From Lingula anatina (lineage: Eukaryota > Animalia > Brachiopoda): 64,000 nt of DNA. Location: NCBI GenBank assembly GCA_051362555.1, contig CM120649.1, forward strand, positions 19,606,567-19,670,566, given 5' to 3'. Below the pieces are notes generated by a model, which was not told the origin of the DNA, ran no database searches, and worked only from the letters and a program-made list of their open reading frames with translations. Below, in pieces: positions 33,088-45,397 of this stretch (the stretch's first letter is position 1; the number at the start of each line of letters is the position of its first letter). The position numbers and the translations under genes are program-made.

Positions 33088-35290
33088 GTTTTAGCGCCCT
33101 CGTTTAACTGTACACAAGAGATGGCGACTACTGGTCAGGTGTCAGAGAAAACCTCGGAGTACGCCGTGATCAAATATTTCCCCAGTTCCCAAGGTGAGGA
33201 TATTTATGTCCACATATTTATATTTATATATATATTTATATCCATTAGCGCATTCAGAACAAATGATTCTCACGCAAGCAGATTGAAATGGATATATATA
33301 TATATACATTTATGTTTATTAATGTTGGCATTTATGTTCATTAATGTTGACATTAGGTATAATGTGTCTATCGTAACAATATTCCAGGCCAAATGGATTG
33401 GATCATCGACTTGCGCGACACGGGAATGACCTCCAGATTCATTAACCCACCAATCGTGGGAAGATATCTGAAGTTTGTTTTCAAGAATCAAGAAATGCGT
33501 TTGGATTTCCCTGCGTCGATTTCTGGCCAAGCTATCTGTGATATGCCGTCTAATGCAACAGTTTCGGCGTCAGCACGTACGTATAGACATGATATAGGAC
33601 AAAAATTCCATCAAAGTTGAGGGTTTTGATAGCACTCGTTGAAGACTTGCATCTTCTGTAAAAGTTCCTAATATTGAAAAGCAATATGCTGTATGTACTT
33701 CTACTCCAGAACAGGATTTTTTAGTTTAAAAAGGAAAATCTTAGTCATTTATTATTTTACTTCACAAGCACTGATGTCAATAATGATGTTCTTAAAAATG
33801 AAAGTGATTTGCACGTAGACCGAGAAAACACAGAAAAAAGCAAATAAATAAAAACAAAATTTGAAAACTACCATTTTCTCTTTTGCCAGCGGCGAAGTGT
33901 GTCATTGTTGGGGATCCCCACGTCACAAACTTAGATGGCAAACAACAATTACTGAATGCGGTGTGCAGGGTTATTTTATCAGAGACTTGTGTGCCTACCA
34001 AACCTGGCGAAGCGCTTCTCCAACCGTTCTCAGTTACCGGAAGAAACAGACCTATTAAGCCAGGCAGCTCCAGAACATACATAGAGGAACTCACATTTGA
34101 AATGTTTGCCACCACTGTTGATATTAATGTCAACGGAGATGTGAAGGTACGCCGTTGATAGTGGTAGTAGTTATCATTAGAGATTAAATAGAATGGGGAC
34201 AGGAATTGGAAGTGTTATATTCTATTCTGTTCTGTTCTGTTGTTCTATTCTGTTCTGTTCTGTTCTGTTCCCGTATTTATAATATTAATTTCTTCATCAA
34301 AGGTAAATGGACTCAGTCGGACAGTGACAACCGCCCCTGTCAACCTTGGCAATGACTTGCAGCTCTATCTCGCCAGTTTAACTAGAGGAAACCATCAACA
34401 CCCTGCCGTTTTTGTTGAGGCCCCCAATGGTGTGAAGGTTGCCCTTACCGTTCCTGAGGGGGGAAACTTTAAGCCAGGACATCATGCCGAAATAACTACC
34501 CCAGGTAAGGAGAGAGAGAGAGAGTGAAAGTGATAAAGGATCGAAGTAATCATGTAATAGAATTAGTTCCGCCGTCAAAAACGTAACTCGTACTTGACAG
34601 TGGTGATTGATGGCGTATTTCAAAACATATATGTGAATCTAATTTTTGTTTATTTATGTATTTGTTAGCGGAATATGCAGGCAAGCTTTGTGGGGTTTGT
34701 GGAAATTTCAATGGTGATCCGAATGACGATGATGAGGCTTGTTACGGACAATCTCCAGCAGACTGCGACATATGGCATCCATCGGATGGACCAAAGTAAG
34801 AGCCTCCTCTTCTCTCTCTTTCTCACACACACAACTGTTTATCAAATATGAATAGAAGGTACAATTAAGTTATGTACAATCTATGCATTGCTGTAAGTTC
34901 AAATAGAAGGTACTATTAAGTTATGTACACTCTATGTTTTGTTGTGAGTTCAGTTTGATTTTATTATCAGAAATCACGACCCATGACATACTGTTTACCG
35001 CGCTTTGTCAGGTGGCATGTAACGGGGGGAGGGGGGGAGGGGGGGCTGGGGGGGGGGGTTGTACCTGGTTTTGTGCAGGATTCATACTTAAAATGCACAG
35101 GGAGTGAGAGTCCCCCATGATAGAGAGTCTGCTTCCCATTTATTGGTACATGTAAGCCTCGCCCTAGATCTGGCCCACTTAGGTCAGGCTAACCGTAACC
35201 AATATAATTATGTGGAGGGCGGATTTTCTATTACACGGACCCTCAGTTCCACTCACCACATCAATTACCTTTTTCAGTTGCCCGGTGTAA
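31336..35290 (+). CDS. Secreted WSC-like + CTLD-like + VWD protein, paralogue 2 (486 aa)
   Basis: Exons 31336-31402, 31749-32039, 32717-32932, 33095-33193, 33388-33576, 33890-34146, 34303-34504, 34669-34795 and 35278-35290; same phases as paralogue 1, no stops seen. Confidence 0.86.
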
Positions 35291-38200
35291 TACCCCAACA
35301 GGGACCCAACCCGTATAACAGCCACGTCTTCACGATAGAACAACTACGATATACGACAAACATACGAACTGAGAACTTCGAGGACTACGATTCTTGAATA
35401 CAGTTAACAGAATATATATATTAATCAATATTATACGGTGAAAGACTATATCACTTGGTGGTGTTACTAGGCTTAATCTTCTCAAAAATGGTATACTTGA
35501 TGGTGTTTCTTTTAATCGCTTGATGTCCTTGTGAAATCGTTCATTTTGGGAACACTTTGGGGCGGCCTTAATTTTTGTCCCTTGATCAAAACCACTGTTT
35601 GGCGATTAATCGCGTTTTGCATGAACAAATGGGGTTTTCGGTTATTGAATGTAAAGTGATAAAAGTCACATGGAAATGGGAGTTTATGACACGTGGTATA
35701 CAATGAGATATATTAGCGCTATCATCTTACTGGGTCTCAGACTTTAAATAACTTCAAACTACATAGGTTAATACAACGCTACTGTTGAAACACGTTGCTT
35801 TATCCAAAGAGTATCTTATTATAAAAGTTGAGGAGCCATTGTTTTTTCCAGCTCTGTCGAATAACACCTACTCTCTCGTTGGCTTTTTTTTTTTTGGCTT
35901 TTGTTATTATTTTTTTTGTGTGTGTAATGTAAAGAACTCTGATTTCGCCTTGATACACCTGGTGAATAATGTGGTTCAAAACTGGACAGAATGGCTTCAT
36001 ATTACGCTGAGACAAACGTCCTAATACACGGACCATTTAAGGATGTAGTCATCATTTGGTTTAATGATTGTAAAATTCCTTTTATTTTAAGCACGTCTCC
36101 TTTGTAGGGCCGAAGGAGGTAATACTGGTTTAATTGTTTAACAATGGCTTATTGCATTGCAGTGGGGTAATATGCAGTCTTTGTGGATACAAAATAAGAA
36201 ATAAATGGATTGCGAAACTATACAATTGTATTATTTTTGTGACAAATTTGCAAACGTCCTCGTTGCTGCACTCTGATATATTCATTTGTTTATTTATTGT
36301 AAGGTCGGGTGCGGAATAATTTGCATAAAAAGCACTCATTTAAAGAATTAGCTCACCGCTCTTCTACTGTATCTCTCTCTCTCTCTCTCTGCTCAACAAT
36401 TTTAAACCGTAAATTTCGTGTTCTTAGTCAACAATGGACACTTTTCGTAAACATTCACTCACACAACCCGCTTTATTTTTGATACAAGACCCCCCCCCCC
36501 CCCCCCTTCATTTTCTTTAACAATTTCTATTACTGGTTCCCGGACCTGGTATTCAGATGAAATCTTTATCAACATAACGCGCTACATAGACGGTGTGCCG
36601 TTACCCATCACCACACGCTGCTTGAACGAGATAAGTGTACATACATAACATATATGGTCTGTTGCGTCGTTAAAATCTCAGTTGATGTTCGTTGTTAAAT
36701 CGACAATACAGAAATTAAAGTGGCTTGACAAGAAGAACGCAGGCTTGGTGGGGGGTGGGGGGGAGGAGGGGTAAATTGCTCCCTTTCTGATATCACATAT
36801 GATTACATAAGTGTATTGGGAAATGGAAACGTTTCATACAGGAAGAAAAGGGTAAAATTAAATCAACGAATTACGAAATAACATTCGTTGATTAAATGAT
36901 GGCGTATGGTTATTTCAAACTGAGTATTCATAATTTAAAAGAGAAAATTGTCAGATACAATGCTAACTTCAGCTTCAGATATAGTCTTAAGAGATTCATT
37001 TATTCATCCATAAGAGAGCGAGGCAAAAGATGTTAAAATGCTTATGTGTACAGAAATTTTCAACTGCTCTTTGCCGCACTCTTCCTCTGTGCTACTGTTT
37101 GACCACTAGGTGGATCGAGTTGTGGTCAAAATGAAGTGCAAACTCATGGGGAACCATGAAAGTAAAGTTATCACTTATGGAAATGTACGTTGCATCAGAC
37201 GTGCCGGATCACCCAGCTCCTCAAGCACAATAAAGAAAAGCAATATAAACCTGGCAGTATTTTTTCTGTCCTGCACTGTGCTCTCTAAGTATATCTGCCT
37301 GTACTGTGTTTTGGAGTTCACGATCCTGCACAGCAGAACTTTTAAGGTACCCACTTGTGGGCTTGATATATTATGAACGCATAGGTGAAATAGTGTTGTT
37401 GTTTGAAAAGCACAATACACTATAGTACCCTTGATTTAATGTAATTCAAAAATTAATCTCATATTTCATGTTTCAGGGGATTCGTTATGCACTGTGCCTG
37501 ACGACCACAAAACAGCAGATAGTCATTAAAAATGTACACGTCGCGTGGGTATTCTTTTTCTTCTCGTCACCTGATATCTTATTAAACCACACTAAATCAT
37601 GATGGTAGGTTTAACAAAGCTCAAAAACAATTGGGATTAGTTTGTGAAATAGGTGTAGGGCTTTGAAGTTTTGAACATTACTTGTAAATCCCTGTTTGAT
37701 GCATTAATATTGTGTCTATAGTTCTGCTCCATATGTCCGTCTTTTTCTCTCCGGTGGATAACCGTGGCGTTGGAGCACTAGGGTAGAAAATGTGTCAGCC
37801 AAAGCTCTTGATGTGTGATTATTACTATTACTAGTCACATTACCCTTAAAATAATGACTTAAAAAAAGTAAAATGTATCTTTGTTTCAAAAGTTTGCAAA
37901 GTAGAGCAAATATTTAAATGTCAAAGCTTTTTCGCAAGCTATATAGGATTTTGATGGAATGATTTAACTGAAGAAACAGTTTATTATGTATTTTAAAAAA
38001 TACGTTTTGGGACCTTTATAAAATTGTTCTATTTGTGAACAACAAACACAAAACAACAACAAGGATAACAACGACAATAAAAATGATAAAAGTGATACCA
38101 AAAAAAGCAAACCCCATTCACAAGTAAGAAGAAAAAATCTGCTAAAAACGGTTATTGCTGAAGTAAATGTGTCTTCCCAGGGTTCACAGTAGGTCGGCTA

Positions 38201-39691
38201 CAGAATTGTTGAATTATGTACTGTGCTTGACGACAACAAAACAGCAGATTGTCATTAAAGATGTACACATTGTTGAATTAAATCTGTCTTTTCGAGGTTC
38301 ACAGTAGGTCAGCTACAGAATTGTTGAATTATGCACTATGCTTGACGACCACAAAACAGCAGATTGTCATAAAAATTTTACACATCGCGTGGGTATTCTT
38401 TTTCTTGGCGTTAGCTGATATCCTATAAAGCCACAATCAATCAAATCATCATTTCAGTTATTCCTGCTAGAAGGCTGGGGATATTTCAGTTTCTGTTGGA
38501 CATAGATAACTGTTGCCACCGTTTTGCTGCTACCTGCCTGAGTGAACCAGACCTGTAAGTACTGTTATTACCTATGGAAGTATTGTCGTATAAATACCAA
38601 GAGTAAATAAAAAATTGTGTTATTTGGGTGTCATACTAAACCATGATGGTAGTTTTTACAAGCTCAAAAGCAATTTCGATTAGTTTTCAAAAGTTTGCAA
38701 AGCAGAGCAAATATTTAGATGTCAAAGCTTTTTTTGCACGCTATAGGTGATTTTGATGTATTGGTTTAACTGAAGAAGCAGTTTAGTATGTATTCTAAAA
38801 TATACGTTTAGGACCTTTATAAAAGTGTTCTATCGTTCTTTGTTTACAAAGTTTATCACAGATTCTATTTCGCAAAGCACATTGTCAACCCTTTTCTATC
38901 AACACATACCAAAACCAAAGAAAGAGATATCAACACCCGTTCAATTATTTCTCCAGTTAATGTGTAATTATTGGTTTCAACATCACCTACTTTTGAAAAT
39001 ACTTTGACATATGTATGTGTCTCATGTGTACAGTAAACATAGAAAATAGCTTGCATTGTTGTCAAAGGAAGTTTGGTCAGTCACATGGCTGGATTGTCCG
39101 TGCACGGAGATTCCAGATCAGTCAACTAGGGTAATAAACGTAGATATCAGACAGTTAGAAGTTGATCTATGTGCACTTTACAGCGCCATTGTGGACAACA
39201 AAACAACAACGAGGACAACTAGAACAACAACAACAATGAAAATGATAATAGTGATACCTTAAAAACAAAACCTCATTCACAAGGAAGAAGACAAAATTTG
39301 CTAAAAACGGTTGTTGTTGAAGCAAATCTGTGTCTTCTCAGGGTATTCACAGTAGGTCAGCTATAGAACTGTTGAATTATGTACTGTGCTTGACGACCAC
39401 AAAACAGCAGTAGTTTTCATATATTGATTGTAAGTTTTAAAATTGCAAATATATTGATTTTTTATTTTTAAAATCGCACAGTGCTCATGCACATCCCAGT
39501 TGTGTCGGAGTGCCAAAATCGTTTTAAAAAACTACTTTGTGGTTTCCGACATCGTTTTATTTCATAATTTTTTAAGCGGCACTAGTTTTTCATTCTATGA
39601 ATTAAAGGTGTCTGCTACGATCTTCAAAACCTTTGTTTTAGGAAGACATTGAACCTCATCCAGCTTATCGACCACTTTGCTGTAAACCACG

Positions 39692-42600
39692 ATGAGTTAC
39701 TATGTTGGTTTTATTTTGACCATAGCCATGATGGCAACCAGAGTGGATACCCAGGGTAAGTAACAAGTTACCAGTTTTTATATAAATAGAGATCAGTTTC
39801 GTTACAGATAGCGATAAACCAAATTGCTAAAAAAGGGAAGGTGATAAAGTTGATTTTGTTAAGTGACATTATATTCGCTAAAAAGCACGTGGAGGAGACC
39901 ATTCCCACAGAAATTTAGATCGATCTATCCCCCTGGGGAGTCTCACTAGATTGCTGTCAGCTTCATCGGCCTAAATGTCTTTGTCGCCTACTAAAAGCTG
40001 TAAGGGGGTAACTAACTTTCTTGCGCGCTCGGCTTCCGGAAGCTGACAGCAATTTAGCGTGAACGCCCAGGAAGTTAGGTCGGTACAGATGGATCGATCT
40101 AAATCTGTGGGAACCCAGTCTAAGTGTGTTTTTGGAGGGAAACAACGTGAGCTATTGGGCTTTTGTTCTGCTAGATTAGTGATTACATAAGCGGTTTGAA
40201 AGGAAATGTATTATTCCCATACACCCTGCGGTGTTGAATGCTTCACTGTAGGATTGTTCGACGGGGATGATAAACGTGCTCCAAAGTGTTCTTGGAAATG
40301 GAACTTTTCTAAACTCAGCTTGTTTTTTTTTTCTCACAGGTTATATAAAATTGGGTTGCTGGACTGACAGGGCACACAGGGCCATCCCTACTTTAGAAGG
40401 TAAAGATCCCATCCTTGACGGGAGTTACCACGTGAGAGAGGACCCAGTCGGAAAATGCTACCAAGTTGCAAGGAAACGCGGGTACAAGTATTTCGCCATA
40501 CAGTACGGTGGATGGTGCGCCTCTTCCTGTAACGCCGGGCAGACATATATGAAATATGGGCCTTCTACAGATTGCCAACCGGACGGAAAAGGTGGACCAT
40601 GGGCCAACCAACTATACCAAATAACGGGCGGTAAGTGTTTTGGTACATTGCACGTAGATTACCAAAAGACTATTTTAACATAGACCCCATTCCCATAGAT
40701 TTTAGATCGATCTATCCCCGTGGGGAGTCTCACTAGATTTCTGTCAGCTTAGCCGGCTTAAATATCTGTCCCGCCTCCTAAAAGCTGTAAGGGGGTAATT
40801 AATTTCCGTGCGCAGTTGGTTGACAGCAATTTAGCGTGAACCCCCAGGGACTTAGGTCGATCTAGTTGGATCGATCTAAATCTCTGGGAATGCGCTCATA
40901 AACACTTTGAACCAATCAGTCAAAAGCTAAGTATTTTTTTTCTCTTTCTTAGGTTCAGAATGCGGAGACAGCAGCTACCCATATGCTGATAGTTTTGACT
41001 ACCTGTGTTATCGCTCAGGTGTAAGAGACTGCGCTACCAATATGCCGTACTTCGATATGACCTCTGTTGATGACATATACACCCAATGTTCTGAAATGTG
41101 TGGATTCCCATTGACTGTCCAGTCTCTGCAAGAACTAATGCAACTCGAACGACAGTTCACAGCGTTGGGTAGGTGAACGCTCAGTGATTTATAAACTTGA
41201 TATTGCACAATGCGGTTTTCTTCTTCTTATTATTATTATTTTATATTTTAGTGTTTAACTGTACACAGGAGATGGCGACTACAGGTCAGGTGTCAGAGAA
41301 GACCGCAGAGTACGCCGTGATCAAATATATCCCCAGTGCCAAAGGTAAGGACATATGTGCAACATTTATATGTGCAGCAGCTTGCATAATGAAAAACGGC
41401 AAATGAGCGAAGTATTGATCCAGGTGCATCAACGTAAACCATTTTAATGAAAAATGTATGCGTTTATGTTACTTAAACACTGTCCGTTTCTATTGATAAT
41501 ATATAAAATGTGTCTATCGTAACTATTCCAGGCCAGGTGGATTGGATCATTGACTTGCGTGACAGGGCAATGACCTCCAGATTCCTAAACCCGCCAATCG
41601 AGGGAAGTCATCTTAAGTTTGTGTTCCAGAATCAAGAAATGAGTTTGGATTTCCCTGCGTCAATTTCTGGCCAAGCCCTCTGTGATGTAACGTCTTATGC
41701 AATAGTTACAGCTTCTGCGGGTACGTTTTGAGCGACTAAAGACATGATATAGAAGTAAAATTCCATCAAAGTTGATAGCACTTGCATCTTCTGTCGAAGT
41801 CCCGAGTATTGAAAAGCATTATCCTGTATGTTCTGCTACTCCAGCACAGGTTTTTTTTCAGTTTAAAGAGGAAAATCTTAGTCAGCTATTATTTCACTTC
41901 AACAGCACTGATGTCAATAATGATGTACTTAAAAATGTAAGTGATTTTTTTCGGAATGTACGTAGACCGAGAAAACACAGAAATAAAAAAGCAAATAAAT
42001 AAAAACAAAATTTGAAAACTACAATATTTATCCTTTACCAGCGGCGCAGTGTGTCATTGTTGGGGATCCCCACGTCACAAACTTAGATGGCAAACAACAA
42101 TTACTGAATGCGGTGTGCAGGGTTATTTTATCAGAGACTTGTGTGCCTACCAAACCTGGCGAAGCGCCTCTCCAACCGTTCTCAGTTACCGGAAGAAACA
42201 AACCTATCAGGCCAGGCAGCGCCAGAACATACATAGAGGAACTCACTTTTAAAATGTTCGCTACCACTGTTGATATTAATGTCAACGGAGATGTGAAGGT
42301 TCGCCATTGAGAGTGGTAGTTATCATCAGAGGTTTAATACAATGGGGACAGGAATTGGAAGTGTACTACTCTGTTCTGTTGTATTCTTTCCTTTCTATTT
42401 TGTATTGTTCTGTTCTGTTGTTCTGCTCTGCTCTGCTCTGTTCTATTCTATTCCTGTATTTATAATAATAATTTCTTTATCAAAGGTAAATGCCATGAAT
42501 CGGACAGTGACAACCGCGCGTGTCAGCATTGCCAATGGCCTGGAGCTCTATCTCGGCAGTTTAACTACAGGAAACCATCAACATCCTGCTGTTTTTGTTG

Positions 42601-43499
42601 AGGCGATCAATGGTGTGAAGGTTGCCCTTACCGTTCCTGAGGGTGGAAACTTTAAGCCAGGACATCATGCCGAAATAACTACCCCAGGTAAGGAGAGAGA
42701 GAATCGAAATAACTTAACACGAATTCAGAGGTCAAGGTGGATAAAAAATAATCGTGTTATAGAATTGGTTTCACCGTCAAAAACGCAACTCGTGCTAGCC
42801 AGTGATGAGTGCTGGCGTATTTCAAAACATATATGTGAATCTAATTTTTGTTTTTTATACATTTGTTAGCTGAATATGCCGGCAAGCTTTGTGGGGTTTG
42901 TGGAAATTTCAATGGTGATCCGAATGACGATGACGAGGCTTGTTACGGACAATCTCCAGCAGACTGCGGCATATGGCATCCATCGGATGGACCAAAGTAA
43001 GAGCCTCCTCTTCTCTCTCTTTCTCACACACACAACTGTTTATCAAATATGAATAGAAGGTAAAATTAAGTTATGTACAATCCATGCATTGCTGTAAGTT
43101 CAAACAGAAGGTACTATTAAGTTATGTACAATCTATGCTTTGTTGTGAGTTCAGTTTGTTTTTATTATCAGAAATCACGACCCATGACATACTGTTTACC
43201 ACGCTTTGTCAGGTGGCATGTGACGGGGGGGAGGGGGGGGGGCTGGGGGGGTTGTACCTGGTTTTGTGCAGGATTCATACTTAAAATGCACAGGGAGTGA
43301 GAGTCCCCCATGATAGAGAGTCTGCTTCCCATTTATTGGTACATGTAAGCCTCGCCCTAGATCTGGCCCACTTAGGTCAGGCTAACCCTAACCATTATAA
43401 TTATATGGAGGGCGGATTTTCTGTTACACGGACCCTCAGTTTCGTTACACCGGTATACACTCATTACATTGATTTACCTTTTTCAGTTGCCCAGCGTAA
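39692..43499 (+). CDS. Secreted WSC-like + CTLD-like + VWD protein, paralogue 3 (483 aa)
   Basis: Exons 39692-39755, 40340-40630, 40953-41168, 41252-41344, 41532-41720, 42042-42298, 42486-42687, 42870-42996 and 43487-43499; same phases, no stops seen. Confidence 0.85.
39896..40122. mobile_element. Palindromic non-autonomous element in intron 1 of paralogue 3
   Basis: AGACCATTCCCACAGAAATTTAGATCGATC ... GATCGATCTAAATCTGTGGGAACCCAGTCTA; absent from the homologous intron of paralogues 1 and 2. Confidence 0.8.
40682..40895. mobile_element. Second copy of the same element, in intron 2 of paralogue 3
   Basis: AGACCCCATTCCCATAGATTTTAGATCGATC ... GATCGATCTAAATCTCTGGGAATG; body nearly identical to the 39896 and 63870 copies. 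Confidence 0.8.
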
Positions 43500-45397
43500 T
43501 ACCCAAACAGGGACCCAACCTGTATAACGGCCACGCCTTCACGATCGAACGGCTACGATATACGACAAACATACGAACTGAGAACAGACTACGTCTGAGA
43601 ACTTCGAAATCTACGATTCTTGAATACAGTTAACAGAATTAATATATATATTAATCAATATTATACGGTGAAAGACTATATCACTTGGCGGTGTTACTAA
43701 ACTTAATATTTTTCTCGTAAATGATGTAGTTGATGGTGTTTCTTTAAAACGCTTGATGTCCTTGTGAAATCGCTGAAATTGGTGGCTCTTTGGGGCGGCC
43801 TTAACATTTGTCCCTTGATCAAAACCACTGTTTGTTGATTAATCGTGTTTGGTATTGAACAATATACTATAGACAAACTACGTAGGTTGATTCAATGCTA
43901 TTGTTGGGACAAGGAACTTTATCCAAACAGTTTCTTAATATATAAGTTGAGAAGTCGTCGTTTTTCCAGCTCTGTCAAATAGCAGTTACTTTTATTGCTT
44001 TTTATTATTTTGCGTTTTTGTGTTGAACTTGGAATATGATTTTGCCTTGATACACCTGGTGAATAATATGTTTCAAAACAGGATAGAGTTGTTTCGTATT
44101 ATGCAATGTTAAACTTCCCAATACACGGGCGATTTAAGAATGTGGTCATTATTTGGTTTAATGTTTGTACACTTCATTTTGTTTTAAACACACCTTTTTT
44201 AAAAGTGTGCAGTGGCTGTTTAACAATGGCTTATTACATTGCAGTGGGGTGATCTGCTGTCTTTGTGAAGGAAAAAAGGCAATAAATGGATTATGAAACC
44301 ATATAATTGTATTTTTTTTGTGACGAATTAGTAAACGTCCCCGTCGCTGCATTTTGATATATTAAAATTTAATAGTTGTAAGGTTTGGTATGGAATAATG
44401 TGCATAAAAAGGCGCTCGTAAAGTATTAATTTAACTCTTTTCTGCCGTATCTTTGTTAATTTCTCTCTCTTTCTTTCTTTCTCTTTGCTCAACTATTTAA
44501 ACCGCAAATTACACCATCTTTGTCAAGATTCTCGTTAATATTTACTCACACAACTCGCTTGATTCTTTATACAACCCCCCCCCCCCCCCACTTCATTTTC
44601 TTTAACAATTTCTATTACTGCCAGGCTCCCGGACCTGGTATTCAGGTGACATCTTTATCAACATCACGCGCTACAAAAGCGGTGTGCTATTACCCATCAC
44701 AACACTGGTAAAACGAGGAGATAAGAGTACATTGAGGGTCTGTTGCCTCGTTAAAATCTCAGTTGATGTTCGTGGTTAAGACAATGCACCAGCATGACAT
44801 GAAGGACGCAGGCTTGGTGGAAGGTTGGGTAAATTGTTCCCCCCCCCCTCCCCTCACCTAGTGATTTCACATGGAATGAAAACGCTGAACACAGAAATAA
44901 ACAGGAAAATATTGAATAAACGAAAAGGAAATTGTGGTCGTTGATTAAAAGATCGCGTTTGGTCAATTCAAACTGAGTCTTCGCCATTTAAAAGAAAAAA
45001 ATGCCAGATACAATGCTTACGTCAGCTTCGGATGGTTTAAAGTCAAACAGAACACCAGACACTCCCAACTAAGCAATTCCTTTTGTGACAGGTGAAGCTA
45101 CTAAAGGATAATATATAAATATTCTGATAGATATACTGGAAATACAAATTCTGTCAAATCAGTCAGAAAATTTTGGGTATAACTTCCCAAAGCCAAAGTA
45201 AATCTTCTGTTGTTTCTTTAGCTCTTTTGCAATTGTCATGATTGATGATGCAGAAAAACTTAATTATCAGCAATGAGTAAACAAATGAATTCATAGGAAA
45301 AAACCAACATCCGATAACCATCTAAGAACATCAATGTTCAGCCTTCCTATATATAACAACACTGTGTAATTGAAACAAATTTCTTTCTTTATATATA

